From assembly GCA_046155405.1 (NCBI GenBank), contig JBJXFL010000014.1, forward strand, positions 18,119 through 82,118: DNA of 64,000 nt. Reading direction: 5' to 3'. The first letter of the stretch is position 1. Each line of letters opens with the position of its first letter. The position numbers and the translations under genes were made by a program. This DNA is from Bryobacteraceae bacterium. GTDB taxonomy: Bacteria; Acidobacteriota; Terriglobia; Bryobacterales; Bryobacteraceae. Under the pieces are notes generated by a model, which was given only the letters and a program-made list of their open reading frames with translations, was not told the origin of the DNA and searched no databases. Positions 27,175 through 35,301 of this stretch are shown here, piece by piece.

Positions 27175-27291
27175 AAACATGATGGCTATACTTTGTTTAA
27201 GCTACCCCGATGCCCATCGACTCGTTCCCCCTCTGGCTGAGTTTGCGCGGGGCCGTGATCGCGACGCTTGCGCGGCGTTGATTGGCATTCG
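27175..27291. repeat. Direct repeat copy 1 (duplicated modB leader plus first codons)
   Basis: About 117 nt aligning to 27512-27629 at roughly 85-88% identity by hand alignment (offset 337 nt). Confidence 0.85.
27210..27281 (+). pseudogene. Truncated duplicate of the modB 5' end
   Basis: ATG at 27210 gives MPIDSFPLWLSLRGAVIATLARR-stop, versus MPIDWFPLWLSLRVAVIATACAALIG... in the real ModB. Confidence 0.6.
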
Positions 27292-27511
27292 CACGCGCCG
27301 CGGGGTGTCAAGTTCGAGATACTGGCCAAGTACTCGCCGCGCTGCCTCAATTCGTGGGGGAGAAGTCAAGGCTTGAGGCGGATTGGGGTGGACAGCCGCC
27401 TTGGGCGGATATCGTATGGGCGGCTATCAAGGTGACAAGATCAGCCGGGTGGGCGACTCGCGGGGCGGACGCTGAGCGCATCGAAATCCGGCGACGATTC
27501 GTAATGCAATA

Positions 27512-27629
27512 AAACATAATCGCTATACTTTGTCTAAGCGATCCCGATGCCCATCGACTGGTTTCCCCTCTGGCTGAGTTTGCGCGTGGCCGTGATCGCG
27601 ACGGCGTGCGCCGCGCTGATCGGCATTCC
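27512..27629. repeat. Direct repeat copy 2 (authentic modB leader plus first codons)
   Basis: See copy 1. It includes the shared GCTATACTTTGT(C/T)TAAGC element 12-31 nt upstream of the ATG. Confidence 0.85.
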
Positions 27630-28215
27630 GGCCGCTTACTGGCTGGCCAATCGCGAGTTTAGGGGGAAAGAGATGCTGGACGCGGCGGTGACACTGCCGC
27701 TGGTGCTCCCGCCGACGGTGGTCGGGTATTATCTTTTGGTCGTGCTGGGGCGGGAGAGCTGGGTGGGCCGGGTGTACGAAAGCGTCTTTGGCGAGCCACT
27801 GGTGTTCACGTGGCAGGCGGCGGTGGTGGCGGCGGTGCTACATTCGGCGCCGTTGCTGGTGAAGTCGACACGGGCGGCGCTCGAAAGCGTGGACCACGCC
27901 TACGAGCGCGCGGCGCGGACGCTGGGCGCGCCGGAGTGGAAGGTGTTCTGGAGGGTGACGCTTCCGCTGGCCCTGCGCCCGGTGCTGGCGGCGGCGGCGC
28001 TGGCGTTCGCGCGGTCGCTGGGCGATTTCGGCGTGACTATTATGGTAGCGGGCAATATTCCGGGCCGGACGCAGACGGTGGCGGTGGCGATCTACGACGC
28101 CGTGGAGGGCGGCAACGGCGACGCGGCGCGGTGGATGGTGATCGTGGTGAGCGCGGTGTCGTTGGCGCTGTTGACATTGGCCAACCGGCTGACGCCGCGA
28201 AGGCTTCCGGGATGA
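27547..28215 (+). CDS. modB: Molybdate ABC transporter permease
   Basis: Typical ModB N-terminus, WLSLRVA...TLPLVLPPTVVGYYLL, and the EAA-loop region ARTLGAPEWKVFWRVTLPLALRP. Confidence 0.9.
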   Translation: MPIDWFPLWLSLRVAVIATACAALIGIPAAYWLANREFRGKEMLDAAVTLPLVLPPTVVGYYLLVVLGRESWVGRVYESVFGEPLVFTWQAAVVAAVLHSAPLLVKSTRAALESVDHAYERAARTLGAPEWKVFWRVTLPLALRPVLAAAALAFARSLGDFGVTIMVAGNIPGRTQTVAVAIYDAVEGGNGDAARWMVIVVSAVSLALLTLANRLTPRRLPG

Positions 28216-29288
28216 TGACCGCGCGCCTGCGCAAGACCTTTGCGGCGGGACCGGACTCGCGCGCTTTTACGCTCGACGCGCAGTTCGAAGCGGGCGTGGG
28301 CGTGACCGTGCTGTTCGGACCGAGCGGGTCCGGCAAGACGTTGACGCTCGATTGCATCGCGGGATTTGAGCGGCCGGACGAGGGCCGCATTCTGCTCGAC
28401 GACGCGATTCTGTTCGATGGCGCGGCGCGCGTGTTTCTGGCTCCCCAAGCGCGCCACTGCGGCTATGTATTTCAAAACTACGCGCTGTTCCCGCATATGA
28501 CGCTGCGCGAGAACCTGGAGTTCGCGGCGGCGGCGCTGAAAAAGCTGGAGCGGCATAAGCGGGTGAGCGAAACGCTGGAACGTTTCCAACTGCACGAGGT
28601 GGGCGGGCGGCGGCCGCATGAGTTGTCGGGGGGCCAGAAGCAGCGCGGGTCCATTGCGCGGGCGCTGCTGGCGAGGCCGCGCGCGCTGCTGCTGGACGAA
28701 CCGGCGCAGGGGCTGGACGCGGTGCTGCGGCAGGAGTTGTACGCCATTCTGCGGGACGTGCAGAACGACTTCCCCATGCCCGCGTTGCTGGTGACGCACG
28801 ACCTGGAGGAGGCGCTGGAGCTGGGCGACCAGATGCATGTTTTCCGCGAAGGGCGGATTGTGCAGAGCGGCACGCCGCAGGCCGTGCTGGACACGCCCGC
28901 GTCGGCCGACATCGCCCGGCTGCTGGGCATTTATAATTTGCTGCCGGCGGAAATTCTTTCGCTCGATCCGGGGCGGAATGTGAGCCGGCTGCGGGTAGGC
29001 GAATGGGAGATCAACGGGGTTTATTATCCGGGCCACTTGAAGGGCGACCGGGTGACGCTGTGCGTGATGCCCGGGCAGGTTCGCGTGGAAGCGCGGGAGG
29101 GCCATCCGCCCGCGAACACGATGGGCCTGGAACTAAAACACGCGGCGGCCGGACCGGACCGCGCGCGATTGCTATTCGCCGACGGTTTCCGGGCGGAAGT
29201 GAACCGCGCCGATTGGGAGCGGATTTCACGGGCCCGTCAATTCGCGGTGGAAATACCGGCGGCGGCGCTGCGTCTAATTAAGGGATGA
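28212..29288 (+). CDS. modC: Molybdate ABC transporter ATP-binding protein with a C-terminal TOBE/Mop-like domain
   Basis: Walker A GPSGSGKT, signature LSGGQKQR, Walker B LLLDEP. The ATG at 28212 overlaps the modB stop (ATGATGA). The track's 27810 start is a spurious Gly/Ala-rich extension inside modB. Confidence 0.9.
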   Translation: MMTARLRKTFAAGPDSRAFTLDAQFEAGVGVTVLFGPSGSGKTLTLDCIAGFERPDEGRILLDDAILFDGAARVFLAPQARHCGYVFQNYALFPHMTLRENLEFAAAALKKLERHKRVSETLERFQLHEVGGRRPHELSGGQKQRGSIARALLARPRALLLDEPAQGLDAVLRQELYAILRDVQNDFPMPALLVTHDLEEALELGDQMHVFREGRIVQSGTPQAVLDTPASADIARLLGIYNLLPAEILSLDPGRNVSRLRVGEWEINGVYYPGHLKGDRVTLCVMPGQVRVEAREGHPPANTMGLELKHAAAGPDRARLLFADGFRAEVNRADWERISRARQFAVEIPAAALRLIKG

Positions 29289-29812
29289 TCCGCTGCGCGA
29301 TTACGGATGGCCGGGGCGTCGCCGATTCGGTGGTACGGCGGGTCGACTGGATCCAGGTGCGAGAGAAAGACATGCCGGCGCGGGCGCTGACGGAACTTGT
29401 ACAACGGCTGTCGGGATTGGGGCCGAAGATCATCGTCAATACGCGTTTGGACGTGGCGCTGGCGGCCGGGGCGCATGGCGTGCACTTGCCGGCGCGGTCC
29501 GTGGCGCCATCGCGATTGCGGGCGTTGACCGGCGCGGGTTTTCTGATCGGCGTATCGTGCCATTCAATTTTGGAGACGGAGTGGGCGGAAGCGGAGGGCG
29601 CCGACTACGTATATCTTGGCCCGATCTTCCCGTCACCGTCAAAGCCGGGTTATGGTCCGGCGCTGGGTGTTGAAGCGCTGCGCGAGGCTTGCGGGCGGGT
29701 GCGGATTCCCGTGCTGGCGCTGGGGGGGGTCGACGAATCCCGCGCGGCCGAGTGCGTGGCGGCCGGTGCCGCCGGGTTTGCATCTATCTCGGCATTCCGC
29801 GCGTCAGAATAG
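29285..29812 (+). CDS. Thiamine-phosphate synthase (ThiE/TenI) family protein
   Basis: WIQVREKD...GAHGVHL...GVSCHS...GADYVYLGPIFPSPSKPG...PVLALGGV pattern. ATGA overlap with the modC stop. Confidence 0.75.
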   Translation: MIRCAITDGRGVADSVVRRVDWIQVREKDMPARALTELVQRLSGLGPKIIVNTRLDVALAAGAHGVHLPARSVAPSRLRALTGAGFLIGVSCHSILETEWAEAEGADYVYLGPIFPSPSKPGYGPALGVEALREACGRVRIPVLALGGVDESRAAECVAAGAAGFASISAFRASE

Positions 29813-29816
29813 TCAT

Positions 29817-32237
29817 ATGCGATTCGTGTCGATCATGGCGTTGGCGTGTTGCGCCTGGGCGCAGGCCGATTGGCGGGAAACCGAAATCGATGGACGGAAG
29901 ATTCGCTACCAAGCGGTGCAAGGCGAGGCCGTCTGGCAGGGCGACATTGTCCTTGGCCCGGTGGAGAGCGTCGGCAAGGGTAGCCGCGCGTCGGCGGTCG
30001 TCAACGGGCAGCGGCTCCGATGGACGAACAATTCGATGCCGTACGTAATCGACGACCAAGTGCCGGAGAAGGAACGCGTGGAAGGCGCGATACGGCACTG
30101 GAACGAGAATACGCCGATGCGGCTGACACCGCGCCAGAATGAAACGAACTACGTGCAGTTCCGGCAGCGGAACGGGGCGGCATGCAGTTCGAACGTCGGT
30201 ATGATCGGCGGACGGCAGTTTATCAACCTGCCGGACGACTGTACCTTGGGATCGATCATTCACGAAATCGGTCATGCGGCGGGCCTGTTTCATACGCAGT
30301 CGCGGGGGGACCGGGATCTCTTTATCCGCGTGAATGAAGACGGAATTGAGCGGGACAGTTTGAGCCAGTACGCACAGCAGATCGCCGGCACCGACGACGT
30401 TGGCGCGTATCCGTACGACTCGATCATGCATTACAGCGTGGGCGGTTTCGCACTGGCCGGCAACGTGGCGATGGAGACGATTCCGGCCGGCATTCCGTTG
30501 GGCCAGCGGGATGGGCTGACCGCGTCGGATATCGACACGGTGATTCGGATTCAGGGCGGGCAGCCGGCAAGAACGGTGATCGCGTCGAACCCGAGCGGGC
30601 TGGAAGCGACGGTGGATGGCGAGCGCGTGCGGACGCCGGCGGCGTTCGATTGGCCGGTGGGCTCGCGCCATACGCTGAGCGTGGCCGACGTGACAATCGA
30701 CAACGCCGAGCTGCGCTTCGGCCGTTGGAGCGACTTCGGCGATCGCACGCATACGGTGGTTGCGTCGGCGGACGCGACGGTGTTCACGGCGCATATGCGG
30801 CGGCTGTTTCGATTGCCGGTGGCGGCGAATCCGGCGGCGGGCGGACGAGTGGCGGTTCGTCCGGAAACGGAGGACGGGCTGATCCCGGACGGGCGGCGCA
30901 CGGAGTTGCAAGCGGAGCCGGCCGAGGGCTTTGCGTTCACCAACTGGAGCGGGTTCGGATTCTTTTCCACACACGGAAGCGCGAACCCGATTCGATTCCC
31001 GATGAGCTCGCCGCAATTGACCTATACGGCGAGCTTTTCGCGCAGCGCATTGACGACGGTGACAACCGCCCCGCCTGGGCTGCGCATCGTGGTGGACGGG
31101 ACCGCGTCCACGTCTCCGCGGCAGTTCGTCTGGACCGCCGGCACGCGGCACGATATCAGCATCGAGACGGTGAACCAGACGACGCTGGGCGGCGCGGCGA
31201 CGCACGCTTTTCGCGCCTGGAGCGACGGCGGCGGGCAGCGCCATTCGGTTACCGCGGCCGCCGATGGCGGGACAGTGACGGCGGAATTCGACACGCAGTA
31301 CCAGGTGCTGACCGCCGCTTCGCCCATGGCCGGCGGGAGCGTCGTTATCGACCCGCCGCCAGTGAATGGATTTCTGCCGGCGGGGGCGGCGGTGACGATA
31401 ACGGCGGCGCCGAACAATGGCTTTGCATTCGCCGGATGGGGCGGCAATTTGCCCGGCGGCGAGGCGCGAAAAAGCGTCACCGTGGAAGGCGTGCTGGATG
31501 TGCAGGCGCGCTTCGCGCAGCCGGCTACCCTGACGGCGGCTGGCCTGGTGAATGGCGCGACTTTCATTTCCGGGCCTATCGCGCCGGGGCAGATTGTGAC
31601 CTTGTTTGGACTCGACCTGGGTCCGGACGAATTGGCCGGGCTGACGCTGACCGCGCAGGGGCGCGTGGCGACTATAGCGGGCGGCGTGCGCGTGCTGTTC
31701 GATGGGACGCCGGCGCCGGCGCTCTACGCCAGCGCGCGGCAAGTAGGGGTGATCGTTCCGTTCAATGTGGCGGGAAAATCCGTCGTCCGCGTGCAGTTGG
31801 ACAATGGCGGGAGGCTGACGAATCCGCTAACGATGAGCGTCGCCGCGGCCGCGCCGGGATTCTTCACGGCCAACTCAGCGGGGCGTGGGGGCGGGGCGTT
31901 TTTGAATAGTGACGGGTCGCTGAATACGGAGGCGAATGCGGCGGAGCGCGGATCGATTGTGGTGCTCTATGCGACGGGGCTGGGCACGATGCGGCCCGCT
32001 GTAAACGATGGCGAATTGGCGGCGCCGCCATACGCGCAGCCGGCGGCGCCTTACACAGTGCGGATCGCGGACCGGGAGTGCGAGGTGTTGTATGGCGGGG
32101 CGGCGCCGGGGCTGGTGGCCGGGTTAGTGCAGTTGAATGTGCGCGTGCCCGCGGATATCGCGCCGGGCGTCGTGCCGGTATCGCTCGAAGTGGACGGGAT
32201 TCGCAGCCCGCGGACCGTGAGTGTCGCGGTACGGTAG
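29817..32237 (+). CDS. Secreted astacin-type (M12A) zinc metalloprotease with a duplicated beta-rich module pair and a TIGR03437-like C-terminal domain
   Basis: HEIGHAAGLFHTQSRGDRD (HExxHxxGxxH) and a Met-turn SIMHY. Two internal repeats (...FGRWSDFGD.../...FRAWSDGGG... and ...GFAFTNWSG.../...GFAFAGWGG...). C-terminal APGFFT...VVLYATGLG...EVLYGGAAPGLVAGLVQLNVRVP. Start moved to the ATG at 29817 (signal peptide MRFVSIMALACCAWAQ). Confidence 0.85.
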   Translation: MRFVSIMALACCAWAQADWRETEIDGRKIRYQAVQGEAVWQGDIVLGPVESVGKGSRASAVVNGQRLRWTNNSMPYVIDDQVPEKERVEGAIRHWNENTPMRLTPRQNETNYVQFRQRNGAACSSNVGMIGGRQFINLPDDCTLGSIIHEIGHAAGLFHTQSRGDRDLFIRVNEDGIERDSLSQYAQQIAGTDDVGAYPYDSIMHYSVGGFALAGNVAMETIPAGIPLGQRDGLTASDIDTVIRIQGGQPARTVIASNPSGLEATVDGERVRTPAAFDWPVGSRHTLSVADVTIDNAELRFGRWSDFGDRTHTVVASADATVFTAHMRRLFRLPVAANPAAGGRVAVRPETEDGLIPDGRRTELQAEPAEGFAFTNWSGFGFFSTHGSANPIRFPMSSPQLTYTASFSRSALTTVTTAPPGLRIVVDGTASTSPRQFVWTAGTRHDISIETVNQTTLGGAATHAFRAWSDGGGQRHSVTAAADGGTVTAEFDTQYQVLTAASPMAGGSVVIDPPPVNGFLPAGAAVTITAAPNNGFAFAGWGGNLPGGEARKSVTVEGVLDVQARFAQPATLTAAGLVNGATFISGPIAPGQIVTLFGLDLGPDELAGLTLTAQGRVATIAGGVRVLFDGTPAPALYASARQVGVIVPFNVAGKSVVRVQLDNGGRLTNPLTMSVAAAAPGFFTANSAGRGGGAFLNSDGSLNTEANAAERGSIVVLYATGLGTMRPAVNDGELAAPPYAQPAAPYTVRIADRECEVLYGGAAPGLVAGLVQLNVRVPADIAPGVVPVSLEVDGIRSPRTVSVAVR

Positions 32238-32244
32238 TAGGTTC

Positions 32245-33438
32245 GTGAAAACTATCGGAATTATCGGCGGTGGGATTATCGGATTGGCCACGGCGTATCG
32301 TTTCGGGCAGAGGATGCCGGAGCGGCGGGTGGTGGTGTTTGAGAAAGAGAGCGGCGTTGGCCGGCATCAGACGGGCCACAATAGCGGCGTGCTGCATGCC
32401 GGGCTGTACTATAAGCCCGGCTCGAACAAAGCGCGGCTGGCGGTGGAGGGCATCCGGCAAATGGTGGCTTTTTGCGCGGAAAACAGCGTGAAACATGAGA
32501 TCTGCGGAAAGCTGGTGGTGGCGGCTTCCGATGAGGAAGTGCCGCGGATGATGGATCTGTTCGAGCGCGGGAAGGCGAACGGGTTGCAGGGTTTGCGCGT
32601 GTTGGATCGCGACGGGATGTTGGAAATTGAACCGCATGTCGGCGGCGTCCGGGCGTTGCGCGTGCCGGAGGAAGGGATTGTCGATTACGCCGGCGTGTGC
32701 GCGGCGCTGGTGCGGAAGATTCAAGAGCAAGGCGGCGAGGTGCGGACGTCGTCGGGCGTCACGGCCCTGCGCGAGACGAGTTCCGGATGGGTGGTTGAGA
32801 CCGCGGCCGGGGCGTGCGAAGTGGACTTCATCGTCAACTGCGCGGGGCTCCATTGCGACCGCGTGGCGGAACTGGGCGGGGTGGCGCGCGAGATGCGAAT
32901 CATACCATTTCGCGGCGAGTATTACCTGCTGCGGCCGGAGCGGCGGCATCTGGTGCGGCATCTCATTTACCCGGTGCCCGACCCTTCCTTCCCCTTCCTC
33001 GGCGTACACTTCACGCGCCTGATTCATGGCGGCGTGGAAGCGGGGCCGAACGCGGTGTTGGCATTCGCGCGCGAGGGGTACACGAAGCGCGATTTCGTAG
33101 CCGCGGATTTGTGGGATGCGTTGACGTTCCCGGGCCTTTGGAGATTCCTGCGGCGGTATCCGGCCGTGAGTTGGTATGAAGTGAAACGCTCGTTCAGCCG
33201 GCGACTGTTTTGCGAGTCGCTGCAGCGGCTGGTGCCGGAGATCGGGGTTGACGACATAAGCCCCGGCGGAGCCGGAGTGCGGGCGCAATCCATGATGCCG
33301 AACGGGGATCTGGTGCAGGATTTTCTGTTCGCCGACCGGCGGCGAGCGCTGCACCTGTTGAACGCGCCGAGCCCCGGAGCGACGGCGTCGCTGGCGATCG
33401 GCGACGAAGTGGCGGCGCGGGTTGAAAAATTCATTTAA
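32245..33438 (+). CDS. lhgO: L-2-hydroxyglutarate oxidase/dehydrogenase (FAD-dependent)
   Basis: IGIIGGGIIGLATAY dinucleotide fold and QTGHNSGVLHAGLYYKPGSNKARL, characteristic of LhgO/YgaF. The GTG at 32245 avoids overlap with the upstream gene. Confidence 0.82.
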   Translation: MKTIGIIGGGIIGLATAYRFGQRMPERRVVVFEKESGVGRHQTGHNSGVLHAGLYYKPGSNKARLAVEGIRQMVAFCAENSVKHEICGKLVVAASDEEVPRMMDLFERGKANGLQGLRVLDRDGMLEIEPHVGGVRALRVPEEGIVDYAGVCAALVRKIQEQGGEVRTSSGVTALRETSSGWVVETAAGACEVDFIVNCAGLHCDRVAELGGVAREMRIIPFRGEYYLLRPERRHLVRHLIYPVPDPSFPFLGVHFTRLIHGGVEAGPNAVLAFAREGYTKRDFVAADLWDALTFPGLWRFLRRYPAVSWYEVKRSFSRRLFCESLQRLVPEIGVDDISPGGAGVRAQSMMPNGDLVQDFLFADRRRALHLLNAPSPGATASLAIGDEVAARVEKFI

Positions 33439-34319
33439 ATCGCGAGCATCTTTCCCAGCGCGTTGAATACGAGGATGACGGCCGGCCCGAGCGTGACCAG
33501 CAGGATGGCCGGGAAAATGAGAAAGAAGATGGGGAACACCAGCTTCACGCTGACCTTTCGCGCCTGCTCCTGCGCCGACTGCCGCATGCGGGTGCGCAGA
33601 AAACGGAGCTGATTGCGCAGAGCGGCGGCGAGGCCGGTGCCGAAGCGATCGCCGTCGATGAGGACCTGCGCGATGCGCTTTACCTCCGGTTCCGTATTAC
33701 GTTCCACTAGTCCGCGCAACGCTTCCTGGCGACTGCGGCTGGCGAGCATTTCCATCAGAACCAGATTCAATTCCTCGGCGAGCTCGGGATGGCTCTCGTC
33801 CAGTTCCCGGGCGGTTTCCGAGATCACGGAGTCAAGCGACTGGCCGGCTTCCAGGCCCAGAATCATTAGCTCCAGCGCGATGGGAAGCGAACTGCGAATG
33901 TAGTTGTCGCGGCGTTTGTGCGTGGAGCGCAGGATGCGGTCCGGCAGCAAGTGCCCGATGCCCGCCCCGGCCATGATGGCCATGACGACGCCGGTGGAAT
34001 CGCCGGCGGCGATGAGCGAGATCAGCGTCATCAAACAGACGGAAACAAGAATCGTGGCGGCCTTGATTCCGAAGAAAGTGGTGAGCGCATCGGGATGTCG
34101 ATATCCGGCGTGGCTTAGCAGTTGGCGATAGTGATCGACGTGCCGGGACTGTTTGGGCACCAAAGCGCCGAAGTTCTTGAGCGATTCCTTGAACGAATCC
34201 GACGGGGGCGTATCGATAGCGGCCGTTCCGTCGCCACGAGTCATGAAGACATAGCCCAGGCCCGTGATGCAGCCCATGACGACAACGAAGAACCCAATCA
34301 GGATCGGCAGTTCACTCAT
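33435..34319 (-). CDS. tadC: Type II secretion system F-family protein (TadC-like)
   Basis: T2SSF domain: SLPIALELMILGLEAGQSLDSVISETAREL...; C-terminal TM FPIFFLIFPAILLVTLGP. Confidence 0.78.
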   Translation of the reverse strand: MSELPILIGFFVVVMGCITGLGYVFMTRGDGTAAIDTPPSDSFKESLKNFGALVPKQSRHVDHYRQLLSHAGYRHPDALTTFFGIKAATILVSVCLMTLISLIAAGDSTGVVMAIMAGAGIGHLLPDRILRSTHKRRDNYIRSSLPIALELMILGLEAGQSLDSVISETARELDESHPELAEELNLVLMEMLASRSRQEALRGLVERNTEPEVKRIAQVLIDGDRFGTGLAAALRNQLRFLRTRMRQSAQEQARKVSVKLVFPIFFLIFPAILLVTLGPAVILVFNALGKMLAI

Positions 34320-34326
34320 GATTTCC

Positions 34327-35286
34327 TCACACGCGGATCCGGACGATACGCTGAATCACGAAGTGTCCGGCGACGACGAACACAATCGCGGCACCGATCA
34401 TTATAGGGCCGAAAGGATGGTCGACCAGGGTTAGGAGGTAATCCGGACTCGTCACGTAGAGCATGATTGCGATGCCGAACGGGAGTATCGTCAACACGCC
34501 GCCGGTCAACCGGCCGTGGGCCGAAACGGCGCGCACTTCGCCGCGCAGCGAAACGCCTTCGCGCACCGTCTCCGCGAGATTTTCGAGCACTTCGGTGAAC
34601 CGGCCGCCGGATCGACTGCTGATCAGCGCCGCGGCGACGAACAGCCGGACCTCCAGAATCGGAACGCGCCCGGAGAATTTTTCGAGCGTAACTTTCCAAG
34701 GCATTCCCAGACTTCGCTCGTCGCGAATTCGACGGAACTCCAACCCCAGCGGCGCCGTCAGATCGTTGGCCAGAATTTCAATAGCACCCTGCAACGGGTG
34801 GCCGGCGCGCATGGCCCGGGCCAGACTTTCGAGCGCATCGGGGAACTGCGCCTCGAACTGGTCCATTCGCTTTTGCCTTTGACGCGAAAGGTAAAGATAC
34901 GGCAAGCTGACGCCAGCCGCGAAGGCTGCCAGCGACGAGCCCGGCGGAAGCCAACGCACGTCCATTACCAGCGCCGCGCCGATCGATCCGAGCAGCAGCA
35001 TCATGGCCGCCACGCGTCCAACCGACCAGCGCAGCCCCGCGTCATCCAGCATTCCGCGCAGATGCCGAATCACGTTTAACCGCTTAAGCAGCAGTTCCAT
35101 TACAGTAATGGAGCTATGCTTAGGATCGCTCAATAACACGGACTCTTCCGTGTCATCCTGCCGGGGATCCGGCTGCGCATCCATACGGGCGCGCAATCGG
35201 CTCTGAACGAATGCCGCAATCAGAACGGCCGTCGCCGCCGCCAGGAACGTCGTAATGAAGAAGAGAATCGCGATTGTCGCCGCCAC
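34327..35286 (-). CDS. tadB: Type II secretion system F-family protein (TadB-like)
   Basis: FPDALESLARAMRAGHPLQGAIEILA...; TM segments at both ends. It lies 7 nt upstream of the tadC-like gene. Confidence 0.78.
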   Translation of the reverse strand: MAATIAILFFITTFLAAATAVLIAAFVQSRLRARMDAQPDPRQDDTEESVLLSDPKHSSITVMELLLKRLNVIRHLRGMLDDAGLRWSVGRVAAMMLLLGSIGAALVMDVRWLPPGSSLAAFAAGVSLPYLYLSRQRQKRMDQFEAQFPDALESLARAMRAGHPLQGAIEILANDLTAPLGLEFRRIRDERSLGMPWKVTLEKFSGRVPILEVRLFVAAALISSRSGGRFTEVLENLAETVREGVSLRGEVRAVSAHGRLTGGVLTILPFGIAIMLYVTSPDYLLTLVDHPFGPIMIGAAIVFVVAGHFVIQRIVRIRV

Positions 35287-35301
35287 GCCTGCCGCCTATC
35301 C

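Noticed and set aside
27520-27541. CGCTATACTTTGTCTAAGCG upstream of modB as a ModE operator
   Set aside because: It only loosely resembles the E. coli-type CGnTATAT-N6/7-TAYATnCG dyad: the spacing is shorter and the half-sites imperfect. The upstream repeat copy has lost the flanking CG. I kept it as a note inside the duplication finding, not as a feature.
27810-28211. N-terminal 134-aa extension of the modC ORF (MAGGGGGGGATFG...)
   Set aside because: It lies inside modB in another frame and is Gly/Ala/Arg-rich. ABC-ATPase homology starts at the ATG at 28212, which overlaps the modB stop.
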